Positions 26,496 through 35,485 of a DNA stretch of 64,000 nucleotides are shown here, one piece after another (the first letter of the stretch is position 1; the number at the start of each line of letters is the position of its first letter). Below the pieces are notes generated by a model. That model ran no database searches. It was not told the DNA's origin and saw only the letters and a program-made list of their open reading frames with translations. The translations under genes and the position numbers were made by a program. This DNA comes from Eubacteriales bacterium (GTDB lineage: Bacteria; Bacillota; Clostridia; Oscillospirales; CAG-272). Where the stretch lies: assembly GCA_045632145.1 (NCBI GenBank), contig JAZQWB010000015.1, positions 64,643 through 128,642 of the forward strand. The letters run 5' to 3'.

Positions 26496-26540
26496 TCGAG
26501 GTGCTTGAATTTCAGCTTCAAGGCACCGATGGAGCATAAT

Positions 26541-26984
26541 ATGGAAATCAGACGCGCGCGTCCTGACGATGCAGGAGAAATTGCAGAGCTTGAGGGTAAA
26601 ATATTCAACGATCCCTTCAACCAAAAGGACATTTTCTCCTACATCTGCTCGGACACAGGAATGTGCTTCACCGCCCTTGACGAAAGCGGTGTGGTAGGCT
26701 ATATTACAGGCAGAAAAATTCCGCCCGAGGGCGAGATATACCGCATTGCCGTTCGTGAGGACAAGCGTCAGAGGGGCATTGGCTACCGTCTGCTCTCCTA
26801 CGCACTTAAGACCGAGTACGGCTCGGGTGTGGAGACGGTTTTCCTCGAGGTGAGAAGCCAAAACCTCCCTGCCAGATCCCTCTATAAAGCCTATGGCTTT
26901 AAGGAAATGGGTATCCGCAAAGGCTACTATCAGAATCCCACCGATGACGCGGTGGTAATGGTCAAGGATAGCACGTCTTTCTGA
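26541..26984 (+). CDS. rimI: Ribosomal-protein-alanine N-acetyltransferase (GNAT)
   Basis: GNAT motif 'RIAVREDKRQRGIGYRLL'. It sits directly upstream of tsaD. The start at MEIRRA has GGAG 7 nt upstream. Confidence 0.75.
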   Translation: MEIRRARPDDAGEIAELEGKIFNDPFNQKDIFSYICSDTGMCFTALDESGVVGYITGRKIPPEGEIYRIAVREDKRQRGIGYRLLSYALKTEYGSGVETVFLEVRSQNLPARSLYKAYGFKEMGIRKGYYQNPTDDAVVMVKDSTSF

Positions 26985-27039
26985 CCATCGCAGAATTTTC
27001 GCACTTATTCTGCATTTATTTCAAACTAACGGAGTTACT

Positions 27040-28143
27040 ATGAATATTCTTGCTTTTGAAAGCTCCTGCGACGAGACCTCGGCATCTGTGGTTTCGGCCA
27101 CTCGCGGTGGCTTTAAGGTAAAATCAAATATAATCGCATCTCAGGTTGAAACCCACCGTCTGTATGGCGGAGTTGTGCCCGAGATTGCCAGCCGTGCGCA
27201 TACCGAGGCTATCTCTCGCATCACCTACGAGGCGCTTGAGGTGGCAGGGCTCTCCCTCTCGGATATTGATCTCATTGCCGTTACCGCCAACCCCGGTCTT
27301 ATCGGCGCGCTGCTTGTGGGTGTTAACTTTGCCAAGGCTCTTGCCGTAGCAAACAACATTCCTCTCGTGGCTGTAGACCACATCAAGGGACACATCGCAT
27401 CCTGCTATCTCGGTGGCAAGGGCAATACTCCCAAGCCCCCCTTTATTGCGCTTGCGGCATCGGGTGGACACACCGCGATATACAGAGTGGATAGCTACAC
27501 AGAGCTTTACGTTATCGGTACAACGCGCGATGATGCTATCGGTGAGTCCTTCGACAAGATAGGCAGAATTATCGGCATTCCCTACCCTGCAGGCAAGGGA
27601 TTTGACGCTCTCAGCAAGGAGGGCTTCATTAAGGCTACAGGTGACGAAAAGGACTTTTACGGGAAGTACAAGAAATCTCCCGCATACAAGGACAAGGAGA
27701 TGACTCTTCCCTCTCCCGCACTTAATGACGACACTCTTGACTTCTCCTTCTCGGGTCTCAAGACGGCGGCGATAAATCTGCTTCACCGTTACGAGCAGGC
27801 AGAAAAGGAGCTTGATCGCGCCCTCTTTGCGGCAAGATACACCTACGAGGCAGTTGAGGCGGTGGCAAAAAAGCTCTCGCTCGCCCTTGACCGTTATCCC
27901 GGTCACGACCTCTGTATGGCAGGCGGTGTGGCAGCCAACTCTCACCTTCGCAAGAGACTGCAGGAGGTGGCAGAGGCAAAGGGCGTTAGACTCTTTATCC
28001 CCTCGCTTGACCTGTGCGGTGACAATGGCGCTATGATTGCGGCAGCCGCATACTACGAATACAAAAAGGGCAATTTTGCAGACTCTTCTCTTAACGCAAG
28101 TGCTCTTGACAAAATAGAATTTGAAAAAGGCAGGACGATTTGA
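27040..28143 (+). CDS. tsaD: tRNA N6-adenosine threonylcarbamoyltransferase
   Basis: 'ILAFESSCDETSASVV', 'VDHIKGHI', 'ASGGHT' and 'GGVAANSHLR'. Confidence 0.95.
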   Translation: MNILAFESSCDETSASVVSATRGGFKVKSNIIASQVETHRLYGGVVPEIASRAHTEAISRITYEALEVAGLSLSDIDLIAVTANPGLIGALLVGVNFAKALAVANNIPLVAVDHIKGHIASCYLGGKGNTPKPPFIALAASGGHTAIYRVDSYTELYVIGTTRDDAIGESFDKIGRIIGIPYPAGKGFDALSKEGFIKATGDEKDFYGKYKKSPAYKDKEMTLPSPALNDDTLDFSFSGLKTAAINLLHRYEQAEKELDRALFAARYTYEAVEAVAKKLSLALDRYPGHDLCMAGGVAANSHLRKRLQEVAEAKGVRLFIPSLDLCGDNGAMIAAAAYYEYKKGNFADSSLNASALDKIEFEKGRTI

Positions 28144-28850
28144 TGGAACATATCGAAAAAGTACAAGGCACCTTTGAAATGAAAAATCGCGACGCGGCAA
28201 AGCAGAACATATCCGATGCAGTTATTAAAAGATTACCCAGATACCACAGATACCTGGGTGAGCTTATTGCAGACGGCAGACTTCGTATCTCATCTGCAGA
28301 GCTTGCAAAAATTATGAACGTTACCGCATCCCAGATCAGACAGGACCTTAACTGCTTCGGCGGCTTCGGTCAGCAGGGATACGGCTACAATATCAAGTAT
28401 CTCCACGGCAAGATCGGCGAGCTTCTCGGTGTTGAGGAGGGCTATACCGCAGTTATTGCAGGTGCAGGTAACCTTGGTAAGGCACTTGCCTCTACCAGAA
28501 TGTTTGGCAGACGCGGAATTCAGCGTCTCGCACTCTTTGACGTGGATGAGAATCTTATTGGCACAGAGATTTACGGCATTCCCGTATATCACATTGATGA
28601 GCTTTACGAGTACTGTCAGAAGCATAACGTAACCATCGGTGTGCTTACCGTCCCCAAGGATGCGGCTCATACAGTAGCACTCAGTATGGCACACGCAGGT
28701 GTAAAGGGAATCTGGAATTTCGCAAATATGGAGCTGGATGTTGACATCGAGGGCGTTGTGGTTGAAAACATACACCTTGGCGACTCTCTCTTAAGACTCA
28801 GCTATGCGATAAAAACAAAAAACGAGGAGACCGCTAATGACGAAGCTTAA
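28143..28850 (+). CDS. rex: Redox-sensing transcriptional repressor Rex
   Basis: 'VIKRLPRYHRYL' winged helix plus Rossmann motif 'IAGAGNLGKAL'. The ATG overlaps the tsaD TGA. Confidence 0.85.
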   Translation: MEHIEKVQGTFEMKNRDAAKQNISDAVIKRLPRYHRYLGELIADGRLRISSAELAKIMNVTASQIRQDLNCFGGFGQQGYGYNIKYLHGKIGELLGVEEGYTAVIAGAGNLGKALASTRMFGRRGIQRLALFDVDENLIGTEIYGIPVYHIDELYEYCQKHNVTIGVLTVPKDAAHTVALSMAHAGVKGIWNFANMELDVDIEGVVVENIHLGDSLLRLSYAIKTKNEETANDEA

Positions 28851-29823
28851 CTATAGGCTTAACCTGCTTCGTGTAACAGCCAACCCTTCCTATAGAGAGG
28901 CTACCGCCGAGGAGCTTCGCACCCTTATTGCACTTATTGAGTGTGATGGCAAGTGCGATGACATCGAGACTCTCTCCGAGATAGCCCACGTCTCTGTGGC
29001 AAGATGTCGCTCGGCTATCGTATTATGGGAGGAGGCAGGTGTTATCCGCGAGGATGACGGCACCCCCAGCATCGTTGACGAGTTTGAGGAAAAACTTGTA
29101 CGCGGTGAGATAGACGAGGAGCCTGCGGTTAAGGTGGCTGAGAGCATAAGGAACGAGGGGCTTTCCTCTATGCTTGAGGAATGCGCTACCATGTTTGGTA
29201 TTGCCTGCCTTTCAAACACCGAAATCAAGCAGCTGACCGCACTCACCACTCAATATGATCTTTCCCCTGAATACATAATGACCCTAACCGCATACAGAAC
29301 AGGAAAAAGGCATACCACAGTCAGAGCGTTATGCAACGAAGCGATAAGACTGTCAGGCAAGGGAATACAATCGGTCGAAAATCTTGATGCATACCTCAAA
29401 GACCTTGAGGATAATTTGGAGGCAGAGTGGGACATCCGCCGCGCGCTTGGTATTTATGGCAGAAATCTCTCGCCAAGTGAAAGAGGCTACTTCAAGAAAT
29501 GGTCGGAGGAGTTTGAATACTCGGTAGAGATAATCACAGTAGCATACGATATGGCCGTTCTTAACTCCAATACAGGACGCGGCGACCTTAGATATATGGA
29601 CAGAATCCTTTCCGACTGGCACGAGGCGGGCTGTCGCACCATAAACGAGTGCAAGGCAAGAGCCGAGGCAAAAAAGACCACCGCAGCCCAGGGCACCGCG
29701 AAGAAAAAGAAGTCTCAGCCCGAGACCCCAAGATACGGCAACTTTGACGCAAAGGACGCCTTTATGAAGGCTCTGGAGCGTAGCTACGGCAAGGAAAACG
29801 ACGATGAAGAAAGAGGTGTTTAA
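28837..29823 (+). CDS. DnaD-domain replication initiation/helicase-loading protein
   Basis: The C-terminal DnaD repeat 'YFKKWSEEFEYSVEIITVAYDMAV...DLRYMDRILSDWHEAG' is recognisable. RBS GAGGAG. Confidence 0.75.
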   Translation: MTKLNYRLNLLRVTANPSYREATAEELRTLIALIECDGKCDDIETLSEIAHVSVARCRSAIVLWEEAGVIREDDGTPSIVDEFEEKLVRGEIDEEPAVKVAESIRNEGLSSMLEECATMFGIACLSNTEIKQLTALTTQYDLSPEYIMTLTAYRTGKRHTTVRALCNEAIRLSGKGIQSVENLDAYLKDLEDNLEAEWDIRRALGIYGRNLSPSERGYFKKWSEEFEYSVEIITVAYDMAVLNSNTGRGDLRYMDRILSDWHEAGCRTINECKARAEAKKTTAAQGTAKKKKSQPETPRYGNFDAKDAFMKALERSYGKENDDEERGV

Positions 29824-29825
29824 TT

Positions 29826-30776
29826 ATGCCCAGTTATGATATTTACGAGAGAGCCAAGGCCGAAATCGAGGCAAGAAGAAATGCCGCAAGAGCCGAGGCC
29901 GACGGCAGAAACGAGATAGTGAGAGCCGAGAGCGAGGAAATCGCAAGCATCGATGCCGAGCTTTCCACCACGGGTATGCTTATCTTCAAGACCGCCTGCA
30001 TGGGTGGTGATATCACTCCTATCAAGGAGAGAAACAAGCAGCTTCAGGCAAGACGTCGCGAGCTTATCGTTGGTCTTGGCTACCCTGCCGACTACACCGA
30101 CCTTAAATACACCTGTCAGGCCTGCTCGGACACAGGATTTATCGACGGCACCAAGACCTGCAGCTGTCTTAAGGAGCTTATCATCAAGGGACGCATCGAG
30201 GCATCTGCCATGGGCAAGCTTCTTGAGAAGCAGTCCTTTGACAACTTTGACCTTAACTGGTATGCTTATGACCAGAAAATTATGGAGAGGATGAAGGTCA
30301 ACCTTGCCACCGCAAAGAATTATGTTCGCGATTTTGCTAAAAAACAGGACAACCTTCTGCTTATCGGCACCACAGGCACAGGAAAGACCCATATCTCCAC
30401 CGCTATCGCAAGAGAGCTTATCCACAAGGGATATGACGTTATTTACGATTCCACACAGAATATCATCTCGGACTTTGAGAGCGACCGTTTCAGAAACAAT
30501 TACGGCCGCGAGGAAAACAAGGCGGAGAAATATCTGGATTGCCGACTTCTTATCATCGACGACCTTGGCACCGAATTCTCAAACCAGTTTACCCTCTCCA
30601 CCCTCTATAATCTCCTTAACGCGAGACAGAACAAGGGACTTGCTACAATCATCTCCACAAATTTGTCCTACGAGGAGCTTAAGGACAAGTACGAGGATAG
30701 AATTTTCTCGAGAATTATCGGTACAAACTGCAAGGTTCTTGTCTTTGAGGGCAAGGACGCAAGACTCAGCAGATAA
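29826..30776 (+). CDS. DnaC/DnaI-like helicase loader ATPase (IstB-like AAA+)
   Basis: Walker A 'GTTGTGKTH', Walker B 'LLIIDDLGTE' and an N-terminal zinc motif 'CQACSDTGFIDGTKTCSC'. Confidence 0.8.
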   Translation: MPSYDIYERAKAEIEARRNAARAEADGRNEIVRAESEEIASIDAELSTTGMLIFKTACMGGDITPIKERNKQLQARRRELIVGLGYPADYTDLKYTCQACSDTGFIDGTKTCSCLKELIIKGRIEASAMGKLLEKQSFDNFDLNWYAYDQKIMERMKVNLATAKNYVRDFAKKQDNLLLIGTTGTGKTHISTAIARELIHKGYDVIYDSTQNIISDFESDRFRNNYGREENKAEKYLDCRLLIIDDLGTEFSNQFTLSTLYNLLNARQNKGLATIISTNLSYEELKDKYEDRIFSRIIGTNCKVLVFEGKDARLSR

Positions 30777-30780
30777 GGAA

Positions 30781-30825
30781 AAACAGCCAGAATGCAATCT
30801 TTAGTGCGCATTTTGGCTGTTTTTA
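30781..30825. terminator. Bidirectional terminator between dnaC-like and trxB (convergent)
   Basis: A ~13-bp imperfect stem, aaacagccagaatgc / gcattttggctgttt, followed by a T-run. Confidence 0.6.
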
Positions 30826-30877
30826 TATTCGCTTTTTATCGAATTTCAGTATAGAGCGTTACTCTGACATTCTGCGT

Positions 30878-31798
30878 TTAAGAGTGATGCTCGTCAAGGA
30901 ATCTGCAAGCGGCGAGGGCTGCAACCGCACCGTCTGCCACCGCTGTGGAAACCTGACGCACCGACTTAGTGCGGCAGTCGCCTGCAACGAAAATGCCTCC
31001 GTCAGCACCGTAGGCAACACAGCTCTCGTTTGCCGAAATGTAGCCGTAGCCGTCAAGAGTAACCTTGCTCTCGAAGGGCTCGTTCTCGGGCTTCTGTCCG
31101 ATGCAAACAAACATACCGTCAAGCTTAAGGTGACGTCTCTCACCGCTCTCGGTATTAACTATCTCAATAGCACTAAGGCTCTGATTACCGATAATCTTAT
31201 CAACCTGAGAGCAATAAAGTATCTCCACGTTGGGACGCTCGGCAAGAATATTTCTCAGCTTTTCCTCACCTGTAAGGTGGGGGAGATTCTGCACGATGTA
31301 CACCTTCTCGCAGCCGTCGGAAAGAAGCACCGCATCAACAAGGGCGGAGTTTCCGCCGCCGATAACGGCAACCGTCTGACCTCTGAAAAATGCACCGTCA
31401 CAAACTGCACAGTAGGAGATGCCCGAGCCTGTAAGTCTCTTCTCACCGTCAAGTCCAAGCTCTCTGTGGTGCGAGCCCGCAGCAATAATCACCGTCTTGG
31501 CCTGATAGTCCTTTGAGAGACCCTTTACGGTATAGCTACCTGCCTCACCCTCAATACCTGTAACGGTATCAAGCTCGATTTCTCCACCCTGGCTGAACAC
31601 CTGCTCGATAAGTCTGTCGGCAAGCTCGTTGCCGCTTATCTCAAGGAAGCCGGGATAATTTTCAATTTTAGGCGAGAGTGTCATCTGCCCACCGAAGCTT
31701 TCTTTTTCTATAATAAGCACGCGTTTTTCCGCGCGTCTTGCATATATTGCAGCGGTAAGACCCGCAGGTCCTGCGCCGATAATTATAATGTCGTACAA
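30878..31798 (-). CDS. trxB: Thioredoxin-disulfide reductase
   Basis: 'IIGAGPAGLTAA', redox centre 'CAVCDG' and 'GGGNSA'. There is an apparent TTG start with AAAGGAA upstream. Confidence 0.85.
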   Translation of the reverse strand: MYDIIIIGAGPAGLTAAIYARRAEKRVLIIEKESFGGQMTLSPKIENYPGFLEISGNELADRLIEQVFSQGGEIELDTVTGIEGEAGSYTVKGLSKDYQAKTVIIAAGSHHRELGLDGEKRLTGSGISYCAVCDGAFFRGQTVAVIGGGNSALVDAVLLSDGCEKVYIVQNLPHLTGEEKLRNILAERPNVEILYCSQVDKIIGNQSLSAIEIVNTESGERRHLKLDGMFVCIGQKPENEPFESKVTLDGYGYISANESCVAYGADGGIFVAGDCRTKSVRQVSTAVADGAVAALAACRFLDEHHS

Positions 31799-31903
31799 AG
31801 CTTTTCCTTTCAGGAAAATTACAAATCAATTTTTCCTTTGATATAGTATTTTTTAGCCTCCCTTGCTTGAAGAGAGGCTATTTTTAATATGATTTCGAAT
31901 TTC

Positions 31904-34291
31904 TTAAGCCTTTACGCACTGGCTGTCAACGTATCCCTTGATGTTAGAGGGATTTGCGATAACCTCTGCGCCGTCCCCCTTGATTACCACGAGGGTGGGT
32001 GCCTCCTTGATGCCATAGGAAGCGGCAAGAGAGGAATTTTCCTCTGCAAGAAGTGCCTCATACTGAAGTCCTGCGTTGTCGAGGAACATCTTTGCCATAC
32101 GGCACTTGGGACAGGTCTTGGTGGTAAAGAGGATAAGTCTGTCGGGTGCTGCGCACTCCTCTACACATTCTACGTCCTGCGCTACGCTCTCTGCATTCTC
32201 GTAAAGGGGCTGCTTGCCGTCAAGCCTCGAGTACACAACTCTGTCCTTGTACTCCTGGCTCTTACCGTCGTTCCAGTTCTGAATAGGACGGTAGTAGCCT
32301 GTGATTCTGGAGTAAACCTCGGTCTTTTCACCGCACTCGGGACAGGTGAACTTCTCGCCTGCGATGTATCCATGATTCTTACATACCGAGTAGGTGGGGG
32401 AGATGGAGTAGTAAGGAAGCTTGTAGTTCTCTGCGATGGTTCTTACAAGATGTGCCGCAGACTTCCAGGAAGGAAGCTTCTCTCCAAGGTAAGAATGGAA
32501 TACAGTACCGGAGGTATAGAGGGTATGAAGCTCGTCCTGCATATCGAGAGCCTCAAAGATATCGTCGGTATAGCCAACGGGAAGGTGGCTGGAGTTGGTG
32601 TAGTAGGGAGTGCCGCCGTTCTTGTCAGACGCGGTAATGATATCGGGATAGAACTTTCTGTCATGCTTTGCAAGACGGTAGGAGGTAGACTCTGCAGGAG
32701 TAGCCTCAAGGTTGTAGAGGTCACCGTACTTCTCCTGATAGTCGGAGAGACGCTCACGCATGTGGAGAAGCACCTGCTTTGTAAACTCACGGGTCTCGGC
32801 ATGGGTCATATCCTTGCGGAGCCACTTTGCATTAAGGCCTGCCTCGTTCATACCAACAAGACCGATGGTGGAGAAGTGGTTGTTGAAGGAGCCGAGATAA
32901 CGCTTGGTGTAAGGATAAAGTCCCTCACCCATAAGCTTGGTAATGATATCACGCTTAATCTTAAGAGAACGTGCGGAGAGGTCAAGCATATGGTCAAGGC
33001 GCTTGTAGAAGTCCTCCTCGCTCTCTGCAAGGTAAGCAATTCTGGGCATATTGATGGTTACAACACCGATAGAGCCGGTGGACTCACCGGAGCCGAAGAA
33101 GCCACCCGACTTCTTACGCAATTCACGAAGGTCGAGACGGAGTCTGCAGCACATGGAACGCACGTCAGAGGGCTCCATGTCGGAGTTGATGTAGTTGGAG
33201 AAATAGGGTGTACCGTACTTGGAGGTCATCTCGAAGAGAAGCTTGTTGTTCTCGGTCTCGGACCAGTCGAAGTCGCGGGTGATGGAGTATGTAGGAATGG
33301 GATACTGGAAGCCGCGGCCGTTGTAGTCACCCTCGATCATAGTCTCGATGAAAGCGCGGTTAACCATATCCATCTCTGCCTTACAGTCACCGTAGGTGAA
33401 GTCCATCTCCTTGCCACCAACGATGGCAGGAAGATTCTTAAGGTCGGAGGGAACGGTCCAGTCAAGAGTGATGTTGGAGAAGGGTGCCTGTGTACCCCAA
33501 CGGGAGGGAGTATTTACACCGTAAATAAAGCTCTCAACGCACTTCTTGGTCTGCTCGTAGGTAAGGTTGTCTGCCTTTACGAAGGGAGCAAGATAGGTAT
33601 CAAAGGAGGAGAATGCCTGCGCGCCTGCCCACTCGTTCTGCATAATGCCGAGGAAGTTAACCATCTGGTTGCAGAGAGAGGAAAGATGCTTTGCAGGAGC
33701 AGAGGTAATCTTACCGGTAACGCCGCCAAGACCCTCCTTGATAAGCTGCTTAAGAGACCAACCTGCACAGTAGCCTGTGAGCATGGAAAGGTCGTGGATA
33801 TGAATATCTGCGTTTCTGTGTGCGTTTGCAACCTCGTCATCATAGATCTCGGAGAGCCAGTAGTTAGCAGTGATAGCACCCGAGTTAGAGAGAATAAGAC
33901 CGCCTACAGAGTAGGTAACGGTGGAATTCTCCTTTACACGCCAGTCGTTGATCTTTACGTAGTTGTCAACGGTAGCCTTGTAGTCGAGAACGGTGGAACG
34001 CATCTCGCGGATTCTTGCGTGCTGACGGCGGTAAAGAATGTATGCCTTTGCCACGTCGTCATAGCCTGCTTGGATAAGCACAGACTCAACAGAGTCCTGG
34101 ATATCCTCCACAGAGATGTGACCGTCCTTGATCTTGGGCTCGAAATCAGCGGTAACCTTAAGTGCAAGGAAATCTATAATGTTAGATGTATAGTTTCTCT
34201 CCTGCGCGTCAAATGCGAGGGAGATAGCATCAGAAATTTTCTTTATATCAAATTCGACGATTTTGCCGTCGCGCTTTAAAACTGTATACAT
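31904..34291 (-). CDS. nrdD: Anaerobic ribonucleoside-triphosphate reductase (class III) with a C-terminal glutaredoxin/NrdH-like extension
   Basis: An ATP-cone N-terminus, 'SMCCRLRL', Zn-ribbon 'CPECG' and glycyl-radical motif 'SRITGYYRP..NWNDGK'. After these come 108 extra residues containing 'LILFTTKTCPKCRMAK'. Confidence 0.95.
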   Translation of the reverse strand: MYTVLKRDGKIVEFDIKKISDAISLAFDAQERNYTSNIIDFLALKVTADFEPKIKDGHISVEDIQDSVESVLIQAGYDDVAKAYILYRRQHARIREMRSTVLDYKATVDNYVKINDWRVKENSTVTYSVGGLILSNSGAITANYWLSEIYDDEVANAHRNADIHIHDLSMLTGYCAGWSLKQLIKEGLGGVTGKITSAPAKHLSSLCNQMVNFLGIMQNEWAGAQAFSSFDTYLAPFVKADNLTYEQTKKCVESFIYGVNTPSRWGTQAPFSNITLDWTVPSDLKNLPAIVGGKEMDFTYGDCKAEMDMVNRAFIETMIEGDYNGRGFQYPIPTYSITRDFDWSETENNKLLFEMTSKYGTPYFSNYINSDMEPSDVRSMCCRLRLDLRELRKKSGGFFGSGESTGSIGVVTINMPRIAYLAESEEDFYKRLDHMLDLSARSLKIKRDIITKLMGEGLYPYTKRYLGSFNNHFSTIGLVGMNEAGLNAKWLRKDMTHAETREFTKQVLLHMRERLSDYQEKYGDLYNLEATPAESTSYRLAKHDRKFYPDIITASDKNGGTPYYTNSSHLPVGYTDDIFEALDMQDELHTLYTSGTVFHSYLGEKLPSWKSAAHLVRTIAENYKLPYYSISPTYSVCKNHGYIAGEKFTCPECGEKTEVYSRITGYYRPIQNWNDGKSQEYKDRVVYSRLDGKQPLYENAESVAQDVECVEECAAPDRLILFTTKTCPKCRMAKMFLDNAGLQYEALLAEENSSLAASYGIKEAPTLVVIKGDGAEVIANPSNIKGYVDSQCVKA

Positions 34292-34360
34292 TTTTACCGT
34301 CCTTTAATAAAATATACGCCCCTCCCGGCCTCTTTAAAGCCACAGGAAAAGCGTATTATA

Positions 34361-34389
34361 ATAATACCATATATAGTGAAAAATGTCAA
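34361..34389 (-). promoter_or_regulatory. Sigma-A promoter of nrdD
   Basis: On the minus strand: TTGACA (34389-34384), 17 nt spacer, TATTAT (34366-34361). Confidence 0.55.
34364..34379. promoter_or_regulatory. NrdR box 1 (inside the promoter spacer)
   Basis: ataccatatatagtga matches the NrdR consensus acaCwAtATaTwGtgt at 13/16 positions. Confidence 0.55.
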
Positions 34390-34395
34390 CACAAA

Positions 34396-34411
34396 ACACA
34401 ACATTTTGTGC
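34396..34411. promoter_or_regulatory. NrdR box 2 (just upstream of the -35)
   Basis: acacaacattttgtgc matches the consensus at 13/16. Its start lies 32 bp from box 1, about three helical turns, which is the usual tandem spacing. Confidence 0.55.
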
Positions 34412-34581
34412 TTTTCGTCAATTTTTATAATTCGCATAAAAATGCACAAATGCATAAAAATCGCAAAAAGCCACATTTTTCGACGACTTTCCGCAATCTT
34501 TTGTTTGTTTATTACTATTTACATAAAAAAAGCAATTTTGTGCAACTTTTATATCACTATAAGATAATTCAAGGCAGAAAA

Positions 34582-35292
34582 TTACTCTCTAATTTCCGCA
34601 TTTGGTAGGTATTTCCTGAGCGCCTCAAGAAGAGCCTCGGTTTCACCCTTTGTAAAGGGAGTAAATCCTCCTACGATAAGGTCCCCCTCCTCACGATAGG
34701 TCTGTAAAAAGAGCCTTTCAGAGCCCTCAAGCCACCGACCGATAGAGTGCATATCATCAACGGTGTGCAGCTCCCTCATCAGTGTGGTGCGGAACTCAAA
34801 ATCCACCCTGCCCTGCATCAGTATGGAGGCGGAAAGCTTCACGTTTTCTAACAGTTCTGCATTTCGCAATTCCTGCCCTACGCTTAATCCTGCGGTCAGC
34901 AGGTACTTTTCGGGCGAATTCTTGATGTCCATTGCCACATAGTCCACAAGTCCGTCGTTTATCAGCGACAGAAGCATCTCGGGATTTGTGCCGTTGGTGT
35001 CAAGCTTCACCTCGTAGCCGCGTGCCTTTATCTCGCCAAGAAGCCAAGGAAGATCGGGATGAAGAGTAGGCTCACCACCGCTTACACACACGCCCTGCAA
35101 TCTTCCGCGACGGGCATCGAGAAAGGCGAGAAAATCCTCGACAGGAATATCCTGCCCCATTCGGTCGGGCAAAACCAACGAGCCGTTATGGCAGAAGGGA
35201 CAACGGAAATTGCAGCCCCCAAGAAACACAGTGCAAGCAATCTTGCCGGGATAATCAAGCAAGGTTACCTTTTGAAGTCCTTTAATTAACAT
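34582..35292 (-). CDS. nrdG: Anaerobic ribonucleotide reductase activating protein (radical SAM)
   Basis: 'GCNFRCPFCHN' (CX3CX2C) and 'VSGGEP'. I set the start at MLIKG (AAGGAG 5 nt upstream). Confidence 0.9.
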   Translation of the reverse strand: MLIKGLQKVTLLDYPGKIACTVFLGGCNFRCPFCHNGSLVLPDRMGQDIPVEDFLAFLDARRGRLQGVCVSGGEPTLHPDLPWLLGEIKARGYEVKLDTNGTNPEMLLSLINDGLVDYVAMDIKNSPEKYLLTAGLSVGQELRNAELLENVKLSASILMQGRVDFEFRTTLMRELHTVDDMHSIGRWLEGSERLFLQTYREEGDLIVGGFTPFTKGETEALLEALRKYLPNAEIRE

Positions 35293-35367
35293 ATCGGCTC
35301 CTTTCAATCGTTTTCTCTATTATACCTCATCAGGCTTTTATTTGCAATAGCATATCACAAAAATCTA

Positions 35368-35396
35368 TTGACAAACCCCAAGGTCTTTGCTATAAT
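35368..35396 (+). promoter_or_regulatory. Consensus sigma-A promoter upstream of tRNA-Pro
   Basis: TTGACA (35368-35373), 17 nt spacer, TATAAT (35391-35396). Confidence 0.6.
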
Positions 35397-35485
35397 AATA
35401 TAGCACAAATCGAGACGGTACAGGTCTCGACGCGCAGACAATCAGCGCCAAGCAAAACGAAGAAAAGCCAAACAAAAGAATTAAT

